Assembly: GCA_033762295.1 (NCBI GenBank)
Contig: JANRLW010000044.1
Span: 1 to 38,250 of the forward strand
DNA: 38,250 nt
Reading direction: 5' to 3'
From: Capsulimonadales bacterium
Lineage (GTDB): Bacteria > Armatimonadota > Armatimonadia > Armatimonadales > Armatimonadaceae
This document shows positions 28,631 through 36,834 of the stretch, in pieces. The number at the start of each line of letters is the position of its first letter. Positions within the stretch are counted from its first letter, which is position 1. Both the position numbers and the translations under genes were made by a program. The notes below the pieces were generated by a model that was not told where the DNA came from, ran no database searches, and was given only the letters and a program-made list of their open reading frames with translations.

Positions 28631-29950
28631 ATGAACTGGCGTCGAATGCTCCCCCTCCTGTTTCCCGCCCTGCTCGTTGCTCCGCTGAGCGGGCCGTCGA
28701 ACGCACAGACCCCTCCGACCGTCCGCTACACCATAGAGGAGATACCGGCCGGTCCGTCAGCCCGCATCCTGGGAACGGCGGCGAACGGGACGGTGGTCGG
28801 GGTGCGAACGCGAACGGTCGCCCGTCCGCCGATCATCGTCGCCAGCCGAACACGCGATCGGGCGCTCTCCTACTTCGACCGGGATAACGGTTACACCAAC
28901 CGTCAGATGATCGATCTGATCGGACTCGCCTTCCTGCTGGCCAACCCGCGCATCATCACTGACTTTTACGGAGCGAAAGGCGAGGAGATGCGCTCGCGGG
29001 CCGATCGTCGCTCCGGCGTCGCGCTCGTTCCGCCCGTGCCCGCCGTCGAACCGTTCGTGTTCGAAACGGAGGGAGCCATCGGTCTGCGAACGCCCCTGCG
29101 CCTGCCGCCGGAGGGGACCGGGACGAACCCTGCGGACCTGGGAGAGGCCGTTTCCGTAAGCAACGCGGGTTGGATCGCCGGACGCGGACGGTTTTCCGGG
29201 GCGGACGAGCGTCAACATGCGCTTCTCTGGCGACCGGACAGCCGGCAGTGGATCGATCTTGGACGGTCCGTCCCCTACGGCGGAGAGAGTGCGGCCTTCG
29301 GCGTGAACGATCGGGGGATCGTCGTCGGAGAGGCGGAGATCGCCCGGGGCATTCGTCAGGCTTATCTCTGGGACGCCAACCACCGAAACGGAAAAGCCAT
29401 GCCGGGCCGGGAACTGGGGACTCTGGGAGGAGCCGCCAGCCGTGCCTGCGCGATCAATGCGGGCGGTTCGGTTGCCGGATGGGCGGAAAACGCCGCCTTC
29501 GAGGTCCGCGCCTGCCTCTGGGAAAACGGAACGGTTCGTGAACTCGATACGCCGCCCGGCGCGAAAGCGGCCCTCGCGGTCACCCTGAACGATCTCGGCC
29601 ATTCGGCGGGGTATCTGGTGACGACGGACGGTTCGTTCCGGCCCGTACTCTGGGACGCTCGCGGTCGGTCGGTCGTCCTTCCCTGTCCGGAACCGAACGG
29701 TATGGTTCGGGCGATCGACAACCGGGCGCGAATGGTCGGGGCGTTCGGCCGACCGGGCACGGACGAACGTCGCGCCGCCTTCTGGGAGGGGCGCGTTTGC
29801 CACGACCTGAACCGGCAGGTCGATCCGGCCAACGGCTGGCGTCTGGTCGAGGCGACCGGGATCGACGACCGGGGGCGTATTGTCGGATGGGGGTGGCATG
29901 GCGGAACGATTCGCGCCTTTCGGCTCGTGCCGCTGCCCGCCGGTCAATAG
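28631..29950 (+). CDS. Secreted HAF-type extracellular repeat (beta-propeller) protein
   Basis: Signal peptide; repeats such as SAAFGVNDRGIVVG, AYLWD, LGTLGGAASRACAINAGGSVAG and ATGIDDRGRIVGWG. Confidence 0.85.
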   Translation: MNWRRMLPLLFPALLVAPLSGPSNAQTPPTVRYTIEEIPAGPSARILGTAANGTVVGVRTRTVARPPIIVASRTRDRALSYFDRDNGYTNRQMIDLIGLAFLLANPRIITDFYGAKGEEMRSRADRRSGVALVPPVPAVEPFVFETEGAIGLRTPLRLPPEGTGTNPADLGEAVSVSNAGWIAGRGRFSGADERQHALLWRPDSRQWIDLGRSVPYGGESAAFGVNDRGIVVGEAEIARGIRQAYLWDANHRNGKAMPGRELGTLGGAASRACAINAGGSVAGWAENAAFEVRACLWENGTVRELDTPPGAKAALAVTLNDLGHSAGYLVTTDGSFRPVLWDARGRSVVLPCPEPNGMVRAIDNRARMVGAFGRPGTDERRAAFWEGRVCHDLNRQVDPANGWRLVEATGIDDRGRIVGWGWHGGTIRAFRLVPLPAGQ

Positions 29951-30897
29951 CCCCGTTCGATATCGACCACGCCTTCAAGCGGCTCTCCGGCGACGAACCG
30001 CCGAAGGTTGCCCATGAAAAGCTCCAGTTGACGGCGGCGCAGGCCGACGGTCCATCCGGGCGAGTTATGCGGCGTCAGGTACGCGTTCGGCAGGTCCCAG
30101 AGCGGGCTTTCTTCGGGGAGGGGTTCCTGTGTGAAAACGTCCAGCACGGCCCCGGCGATCCGTCCCTCCCGAAGAGCGGCGATCAGCGCCTGCTCGTCGA
30201 TCACCGGACCCCGCGCGACATTCACCAGACGAGCGGACGGCTTCATTGCCGCGAACTCCGCCGCGCCGAGGAGCGAGCGGGTCTCGCCGGTCAGTGCGGT
30301 GGCGACGACGACCCAGTCGGACACCGTCAGCAGCGTTTTCAGCCCCTCCGGTCCGGTGAAGATCGTCGTGACGTTCTCCGCCGGGCGGTCGGAGCGCCGA
30401 AAGGCAAGGACGGTCATGCCCAGCGCACGGCACCTTTGGGCGATCGCCTGACCGATCGGACCCAGGCCCAGGATGCCGACGGTTTGCCCGGAAAGCTCCT
30501 CATGTGTCAGTTTCTGCGCCCATTCGCGGCGGGTCTGCGACGCCAGAAGCTCCGGAACGCGGTGGGAAACCGCCAGCATCCAGGTCAGGACATACTCCCC
30601 GATGCAGATGCCGAAGGCCGGACCGGAATCGGTGAGGGTAAATCCGCCCCGTTGCCGCAGTCGCCGGGTCAACACATGATCGACCCCGGCGCTCGCGGTA
30701 TGCAGCCATCGTACCGGCGGGGCGTCCACCACCAGCGATTCGTACCGCTTGCCGGCGACCCAGCGAAAGACCGCAACGGCCTCGTCGGCCCGTTCGGGCG
30801 GTGGGCCTTCCTCGGAATACGGAATCAGGGTGACGGGTAAGGCCGAAACGGACGGGGAGAGTTCGGCATGGACGTGTTCGGGGACCAGAACGATCAT
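29944..30897 (-). CDS. D-2-hydroxyacid dehydrogenase
   Basis: WLHTASAGVDH, GILGLGPIG, LVNVARGPVIDE, AVLDVFTQEPLP, LTPHNS. Start trimmed to MIVLVP. Confidence 0.92.
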   Translation of the reverse strand: MIVLVPEHVHAELSPSVSALPVTLIPYSEEGPPPERADEAVAVFRWVAGKRYESLVVDAPPVRWLHTASAGVDHVLTRRLRQRGGFTLTDSGPAFGICIGEYVLTWMLAVSHRVPELLASQTRREWAQKLTHEELSGQTVGILGLGPIGQAIAQRCRALGMTVLAFRRSDRPAENVTTIFTGPEGLKTLLTVSDWVVVATALTGETRSLLGAAEFAAMKPSARLVNVARGPVIDEQALIAALREGRIAGAVLDVFTQEPLPEESPLWDLPNAYLTPHNSPGWTVGLRRRQLELFMGNLRRFVAGEPLEGVVDIERGY

Positions 30898-31069
30898 GCA
30901 CTCATTATGCCCGGGAATGGCGGGGGTGTGGTGCAAAATAACCTCCCCCGGCGCGGGTCCGTGCGATACCCCGCAGACCCGGGCGATACTCCCTCCTCCG
31001 CCCGGTGGTAGCCGGTGGAGGGGCAACCCGAAAAGGCGGAAAACACGGAATGGATCGTATAATTCAGGT

Positions 31070-31705
31070 ATGAGTACCGCACTTCCGGAATCGCCGACGC
31101 GCCCCCCTGCGGACACGTCCCCCCATCCGCGCCTGACCATCGCCGAGTACTTTGCTCTCGACAGCATGGCTTTGCGACGGGGTGAGTACATTGAAGGACA
31201 ACGAATCGAAATGGCAGGCGCAAGTCGTCGTCACGTCACTATTTCGAAGAATATCGTGTATGGCCTGGAAAGTCAGGTCGAAGACCGGGACTGCGATGTT
31301 TTTGCGACGGATACCCGCGTTCGGGCAAACGGTCATTACTACTACCCCGATGTGGGCGTTGTCTGCGGGGAGTATCTTGTGGACGCACTGAACCCGGACA
31401 CACTGACCAACCCGACGGTCCTCATCGAAGTGCTCTCCGATTCCACCGAAGTGGTCGATCGTGGGAGCAAATTCCGGGATTACCGCCGCCTGCCTTCGCT
31501 TCGTACCTACCTGATGGTGACGCAGGATTACCCACGGGTCGAACAATACGAACGCGACACGGGCGGCTGGCGTTTTGTGGAAACCGAGGGACTGAGCGGT
31601 GTCGTCGAACTTTCCGCGATCGACTGCCGTTTGGAAATGGCCCGTATCTATCGCCGTGTCCCGTTTTCCGCACCGGAGATTCCCACCGATTCCGCCATGT
31701 CCTGA
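31070..31705 (+). CDS. Uma2 family (DUF820) putative endonuclease
   Basis: EYIEG..IEMAGASRRH, YYYPDVGVVC, NPTVLIEVLSDST...DRGSKFRDYRRLPSLRTY. Confidence 0.92.
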   Translation: MSTALPESPTRPPADTSPHPRLTIAEYFALDSMALRRGEYIEGQRIEMAGASRRHVTISKNIVYGLESQVEDRDCDVFATDTRVRANGHYYYPDVGVVCGEYLVDALNPDTLTNPTVLIEVLSDSTEVVDRGSKFRDYRRLPSLRTYLMVTQDYPRVEQYERDTGGWRFVETEGLSGVVELSAIDCRLEMARIYRRVPFSAPEIPTDSAMS

Positions 31706-31782
31706 TGGAATGTTGCCGTGTCGCTGACGGGTGCCTTTTTGTGTTTTCATAACGTCCTCTCCGGATCGGGCATAATGCAGCT

Positions 31783-32358
31783 ATGGGAAGGCGCTGGCTC
31801 CGGTTTCTGATTCTCGGTGGACCGCTGGTTCTGTGGATGGGGGTCATCCTCCTCAGCGGTTCCGAAGGGGCGCGTTACGAAGCGTCCTGGAAGCTGATCC
31901 AGCAGGCGTTACGGGTCTTATGCCCGGAGCAGGCGCCGCCCGGCGATGGTTCGGAGATTCAGGTGACGGTGACGATGTACCAGATCAACGGGGCGTTGCG
32001 GCGGATCGCCCACGTCGTCGCCTATGCCGTCCTGGCCTTGCTGACCGTTCGTGCCATTCAGGCAGGAGAACCCCGATTGAAACCGAAAGCGTTGCTGGCC
32101 GCGTTCGGACTCGGAATAGTGTATACCGCCGTCGATGAGGTACACCGCTATTTTCAACAGAACCGGCATGCCAAATGGGACGATGTCTGGCTTAATCTGG
32201 CCGGCGTGTTTCTGACGGTCCTGCTGACGATGGGGTATTTCGGCGGAAAGGCGCTCGAACGGAAAATCCTGTCGAGCGAAGTTGCAACCGCAGGGGAAGG
32301 GCGCTTGTCAAAGCACCCGGATGACTCGCCGGGGACCGCCGGTGGAAAGGATGAATAA
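31783..32358 (+). CDS. VanZ family membrane protein
   Basis: WMGVILLS, LRRIAHVVAYAVLA, YTAVDEVHRYF..RHAKWDDVWLNLAG. Confidence 0.85.
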   Translation: MGRRWLRFLILGGPLVLWMGVILLSGSEGARYEASWKLIQQALRVLCPEQAPPGDGSEIQVTVTMYQINGALRRIAHVVAYAVLALLTVRAIQAGEPRLKPKALLAAFGLGIVYTAVDEVHRYFQQNRHAKWDDVWLNLAGVFLTVLLTMGYFGGKALERKILSSEVATAGEGRLSKHPDDSPGTAGGKDE

Positions 32359-34174
32359 TTTGCGCTCCGCACCGTTACCTCTGCTCTCCGTGGTCGCCAT
32401 CGCCGCGCTGGCCGTTACGTGTGTCGCCGCAGGAAAGCCCGCGCCGTCGGGTGAAACCGCTTTTAACTGGAAAGACCTGGCAAATCGCTCGTACTCGACG
32501 AGCGACATTGTGCCGGGAAAGGCTGACGTTTTTCTGTTCACCTCAATGGAATGCCCGATCGCGGTGAAGTATATGCCGCGACTTCTGCGCATGAACGCGG
32601 CCTACGCGCCGAAAGGAATCCGCTTTTTCCTGGTGAACGCGAACCCGGCGGATGACGCGAAAAGCTTCGCCCGCTGGAGCCGGGAACGGAAGGCGACGCT
32701 TCCGCTGGTCAAGGATGACAAAACGGCGCTGGCGGATCGCCTGGGGATCACCATGACGCCGGAGGCCGCCGTGGTCGCGCCGGACGGAACGGTCGTCTAC
32801 CGGGGGCGCATCGACGACAACGTCGAGGAGGCGAAGGTATCGCGTCGTGATCTGGCGAACGCGCTCGACGACGTCCTCGCCGGTCGTCCGGTAAAGGTCA
32901 CACGCGTCCTGCCGTTTGGCTGCGCCATTTTCCGGGACCGTCCTGCCGGTAAGGTCGCCGTCCGCAGCCCGTATACCTGGGCCAAGGATATCTCGCCGAT
33001 CCTGGAACGAAACTGCGTCACCTGTCACCGCAAAGGCGATGTGGCCCCGTTTCCGCTCGATACGTACGGACAGGCAAAGGTATGGGCGGCGGCGATCAAG
33101 CAGTATACGACCCGACGCATCATGCCGCCGTGGAAAGCGCAGCCGGGACATGGAGAGTTTCTGGATACACGGTATCTGACGGACGCCGAACTGCGCAAGA
33201 TCGCGGTCTGGGCGGACGGCGGCGCGCCACAGGGCGCGTTGACCGATCGTCCGCCCGCGCCGAAACGGTATGCGGTGGGAGACTGGCCGCTCGGGAAACC
33301 GGATGTCGTCGTCCAGCCGGTGCGACCGTTCCACCTGGAGGCCGAAGGCGCGGACGTCTACCGGAACTTTACCCTGCCGGTCGATTTCGAACAGGATCGC
33401 TATATTTCGGCGTTCGATTTCAAGCCGGGCAACCGGACGATCGTCCACCATATGATCGCCTACATCGATAAGGACGGCTCCACGGCGAAGGAGATGGACA
33501 ACCGGGAAACCGAGCCGGGGTGGAGTGTTTCCGGCGGCGGTTCGGGCATCCGGAACGAGGACTGGGGTGACGGCTGGGCGCCCGGTATGAACCCCCGGCG
33601 TTTCACGCCCGGACTCGCGGTTCGCGTTCCGAAGGGGGCGAAACTGGTTCTGCAGGTCCACTACCACAAAACCGGCAAGCCGGAGCAGGATCAAAGTCAA
33701 CTCGCCCTCTACTGGGCGGAACCGCCGGTTCGGCAGGTGCTGCATACCTTCCCGATCGGAAACGCGGAATTCGTCCTTAAACCGGATGTGGCCGATCAGG
33801 TGGTGAACGCCGACCTCACCCTGCCCTGGAATGTCACCCTGCACCAGATACTGCCCCATATGCACATGCTGGGAACGGAAATGCGGGTTCGGGCGATCCT
33901 TCCGGACGGGACCGAGCGAAAGCTGATCCATATCAAGGACTGGGACTTCAACTGGCAGATGAATTATCGTTACCGGGAGCCTGTTCGTCTGCCGAAAGGA
34001 ACCCGATTGTTGCTGACGGCAAAGTACGACAATACGACGCGCAACCCGCGGCAGCCTTCCAATCCTCCGAGGGAGGTGCGCTTCGGCGAGCAGACGAACG
34101 ACGAGATGTGCTTCGCCTTCCTCGGCTTCACTATCGATGGAATGTCCGTCCGACAGGTATCGAAGGCTCCGTAG
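32351..34174 (+). CDS. Secreted redoxin + cytochrome c + copper type II (PHM/DBH-like) monooxygenase fusion protein
   Basis: Signal peptide; AhpC/TSA-like domain (ECPIA, TPEAAVV, YRGRIDD, GCAI); CVTCH and MPPW; copper ligands VHHMI, QVHYH, PHMH and DEMC. ATG 32351 overlaps the vanZ stop. Confidence 0.85.
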   Translation: MNNLRSAPLPLLSVVAIAALAVTCVAAGKPAPSGETAFNWKDLANRSYSTSDIVPGKADVFLFTSMECPIAVKYMPRLLRMNAAYAPKGIRFFLVNANPADDAKSFARWSRERKATLPLVKDDKTALADRLGITMTPEAAVVAPDGTVVYRGRIDDNVEEAKVSRRDLANALDDVLAGRPVKVTRVLPFGCAIFRDRPAGKVAVRSPYTWAKDISPILERNCVTCHRKGDVAPFPLDTYGQAKVWAAAIKQYTTRRIMPPWKAQPGHGEFLDTRYLTDAELRKIAVWADGGAPQGALTDRPPAPKRYAVGDWPLGKPDVVVQPVRPFHLEAEGADVYRNFTLPVDFEQDRYISAFDFKPGNRTIVHHMIAYIDKDGSTAKEMDNRETEPGWSVSGGGSGIRNEDWGDGWAPGMNPRRFTPGLAVRVPKGAKLVLQVHYHKTGKPEQDQSQLALYWAEPPVRQVLHTFPIGNAEFVLKPDVADQVVNADLTLPWNVTLHQILPHMHMLGTEMRVRAILPDGTERKLIHIKDWDFNWQMNYRYREPVRLPKGTRLLLTAKYDNTTRNPRQPSNPPREVRFGEQTNDEMCFAFLGFTIDGMSVRQVSKAP

Positions 34175-34182
34175 TTCGGAAG

Positions 34183-34207
34183 CGGGTTCCCGGTGACCGG
34201 GAACCCG
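34183..34207. terminator. Hairpin between convergent genes; probable bidirectional terminator
   Basis: CGGGTTCCCGG-TGA-CCGGGAACCCG, a perfect 11-bp stem without a clear U-tract. Confidence 0.6.
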
Positions 34208-34209
34208 TA

Positions 34210-34329
34210 TCAGGCATGGATACTGTCGCTGGCGACGATAGCCAGAGTCAGGCAAAGAACGACAAAAATATAGACGAACAGGTCAGTTAGCATAACGACC
34301 GCGGTGCCAAAATTTCGGATGGTCTGCAT
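34210..34329 (-). CDS. Putative 39-aa small membrane protein
   Basis: MQTIRNFGTAVVMLTDLFVYIFVVLCLTLAIVASDSIHA. Purine-rich AAGGAGAGCCGGGGAG upstream, TTGACA at 34373-34368, and a hairpin directly after the stop. Confidence 0.5.
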   Translation of the reverse strand: MQTIRNFGTAVVMLTDLFVYIFVVLCLTLAIVASDSIHA

Positions 34330-34586
34330 CTCCCCGGCTCTCCTTGTAGACAAGTCGATACACTGGATGTCAAGAAGTATGCCGCAAATTTGGCAAGGGT
34401 GCATTAGTTTGGGCAAAAAACCGGATATTTGCCAGCTATTGCTTTCGGTATCCCCGAATTTCGGACAGGTATAATGCTCCGATGGACCGTCCCGGGACGG
34501 AATCGTGTCGATCGTCGGCGAAACCGGTAACGGTCGGTCCGAGGGGTTGTCTCAGGGAATGAAATGCGAGAGGAAGACCCGACCGT

Positions 34587-35705
34587 TTGAGACGTCCCGA
34601 AGTGACGATAGCCGTCATGTTTACCCTGTTCACGCTCCTCGTCGCGCCGACCGTTTCGGCCCGTGCGCAGGACCCTCCGGACACGGAACCGCAGGAGGCG
34701 GAAACTCGGCCGCCGACGATTCCGCCCAACCAGCGACCGTCCGTACGTGCCCCGATCGGCACCTATCCGTTGCCCCTGACACCGACCGATCCGCATCGCT
34801 GGCGGTTCACTCTGGCCGGACCGGCCCCCGCCTTTTTCCAATCCCGTGACCGGCGACCCCGGCGTACCGTCGTGCAGTTCCCGATCGGGATCTACGGGGG
34901 ATTGGGACGCCGGAAAGGATGGGGCAACTTTTTTCTGGCATCGGACAACCTGATCTCGACGGATGCCTTCGACAATTCGGCGCGGGTCGGGCTGCGGTTG
35001 GGGGTGGAACGTTTGCTTTACGCCGACGGTCCGATGCTGACCTCGGAGATCGGAATGGTGGCCAACCAGCGAGGGCAGAATCAGGCCCTGGGCGCGACCG
35101 TGGGGACGCGTTTTCTCCTGCCCGTCCGGGTCGGGGTCGGTCGTCCCGACCTCCATCTTAACTTCCTCGGTTACGAAAACCGGCGACGGCTGAATATCGA
35201 CGCCTCGCCACGCCATACCGGTCGAAATGTGTTCCTTTCGTCGGCGACGCTCGGATTGCCGCCTATCTGTTTCGGTCAGGGCGACCCGGAGGTGCGTCCG
35301 CACCTGATACTCAATTTCCGGGCCTGGTTTTTTGCCAACGAGTCCGCCGCGCCCGGATACTCTCCGAGCCGATTCGAAAGCCGTTACGAAACGGCGTTGA
35401 TTATTCCGACCCGCGCCGTACGGAAAAATACGCCCTTTTTGCGGGCGGTAGCGATTTCCTTCCTTTCCGGCGCGAACGATGCCAACGCTTATGCCCCGCA
35501 GCGAAACTTTCGATTTAACTTGATCCTCGTAGATACCAGACGATTGCTGGACGAAATGAACGAGCGTCGGATCATTCCGAAAGTGCCATCGATGAATCTT
35601 CCCGGGCTGTCGCGCCCGGAGGAAAAACCGGCGACGGAACCGGACGAGAAAACAGAGGACGTGCCGAAAGAAATTCCGGCACAACCGTCCTCAACCCCGC
35701 CGTAG
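34587..35705 (+). CDS. Hypothetical secreted protein, beta-strand-rich (possible outer-membrane barrel)
   Basis: Signal peptide ending ARA|QD, Pro-rich termini, core of alternating-hydrophobic strands; TATAAT at 34470-34475 upstream. Confidence 0.65.
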   Translation: MRRPEVTIAVMFTLFTLLVAPTVSARAQDPPDTEPQEAETRPPTIPPNQRPSVRAPIGTYPLPLTPTDPHRWRFTLAGPAPAFFQSRDRRPRRTVVQFPIGIYGGLGRRKGWGNFFLASDNLISTDAFDNSARVGLRLGVERLLYADGPMLTSEIGMVANQRGQNQALGATVGTRFLLPVRVGVGRPDLHLNFLGYENRRRLNIDASPRHTGRNVFLSSATLGLPPICFGQGDPEVRPHLILNFRAWFFANESAAPGYSPSRFESRYETALIIPTRAVRKNTPFLRAVAISFLSGANDANAYAPQRNFRFNLILVDTRRLLDEMNERRIIPKVPSMNLPGLSRPEEKPATEPDEKTEDVPKEIPAQPSSTPP

Positions 35706-35787
35706 ACGCCTGTTAATTCCTTCACATCGTCAGAAAAAACCGAAAACCGCAACATAATCAGTGGTAGGTATTAAGGTGAGTGCTAAA

Positions 35788-36789
35788 ATGCGGCGTGTTG
35801 AAGCCGAAGCGATCCTTGAACGGTTCGCAAATAAGCGAGTGCTGGTGGTCGGCGACCTGATGGCCGATGAGTTCGTTCGTGGCCATGCGTCCCGGATCTC
35901 TCCGGAAGCTCCGGTTCTGGTCCTGGATGCGGTGGAGGAATCCTTCGTTCCCGGCGGTGCGGCCAATGTCGCCGCGCAGCTTCTGGCCTTTGGCGCGGAG
36001 GTCGTGGTCGCGGGCGTGGTTGGCGACGATGCTACCGGGAACCGACTTCGGGAAAGTCTGACCCGGATGGGGGCGGACTGTTCGGGGATCGTCTCCGCTT
36101 ATGATCGTCCGACGACCCAGAAGACGCGCATCGTGGCCGGGACACAACAACTGGTTCGAGTCGATCGCGAAAAGCGTCACCCGTTGCCGGAATTTACCGC
36201 GCAGCGGCTGGTGGCTACCGCGTTACAACGGCTATCGTCCTGTGATGCCCTGCTTTTCTCCGATTACGATAAGGGCGTACTGACTCAGACGACGATACGG
36301 CAACTGGTGCTGGCGGCGGAGGGGCGCGGAACGGTCATCACGGCCAATCCGAAACCCGTGTCGGCCGGTTTTTATGAGGGGATTCTGGTGGCGCAGTTGA
36401 ACCGATCGGAAGCCGACAGCGCCGCACGGCTGCATGCCGTTCCGGGCGACGATCCGTTCGAATCGGCCGACATGAGCGCTTTTCATGCCGCCGGGGTCCG
36501 ACTGCGGGCGGCGATTTCGGTACGGAATTTGCTGGTGACGCGGAGCAGTGATGGCTTGACCGTATTTCATCAGGATGGGGGATACACGGATGTTCCCGCT
36601 CACCGCGTCGATGTTTTCGATGGGACCGGCGCGGGGGATTCGACCATCGCCGGCCTGACGCTCGCTCTGGCGTCGGGCGCATCGCTTCTCGATGCGGTCG
36701 CCATCGGAAACGCGTCGGGCGGCGCGGTCGTTCGGAAAGTGGGTGTCGCAACCGCGACCCGGGAGGAAGTCGCGAACCTTTTCGCCTAG
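35788..36789 (+). CDS. PfkB-family kinase, RfaE/HldE domain I type (heptose-7-phosphate kinase-like), standalone
   Basis: VLVVGDLMADEFV.G..SRISPEAPVLV, PGGAANVA, RPTTQKTRI, QQLVRVDRE, SDYDKGVL, VFDGTGAGDS. Confidence 0.9.
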   Translation: MRRVEAEAILERFANKRVLVVGDLMADEFVRGHASRISPEAPVLVLDAVEESFVPGGAANVAAQLLAFGAEVVVAGVVGDDATGNRLRESLTRMGADCSGIVSAYDRPTTQKTRIVAGTQQLVRVDREKRHPLPEFTAQRLVATALQRLSSCDALLFSDYDKGVLTQTTIRQLVLAAEGRGTVITANPKPVSAGFYEGILVAQLNRSEADSAARLHAVPGDDPFESADMSAFHAAGVRLRAAISVRNLLVTRSSDGLTVFHQDGGYTDVPAHRVDVFDGTGAGDSTIAGLTLALASGASLLDAVAIGNASGGAVVRKVGVATATREEVANLFA

Positions 36790-36834
36790 AAAAGGGGGGC
36801 GAAACCGGCACGATTCTTGAAAGGAAATGGAATC

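Noticed and set aside
30920..31045. Series of hairpins in the divergent dehydrogenase/uma2 intergenic region as an ncRNA
   Set aside because: The stems are imperfect and plausible by chance at this GC content, no known motif is recognisable, and both flanking genes look leaderless.
31070..31705. Uma2 nuclease as a defence or toxin-antitoxin system
   Set aside because: Uma2/DUF820 genes are common solitary paralogues; no methylase or antitoxin partner is adjacent.
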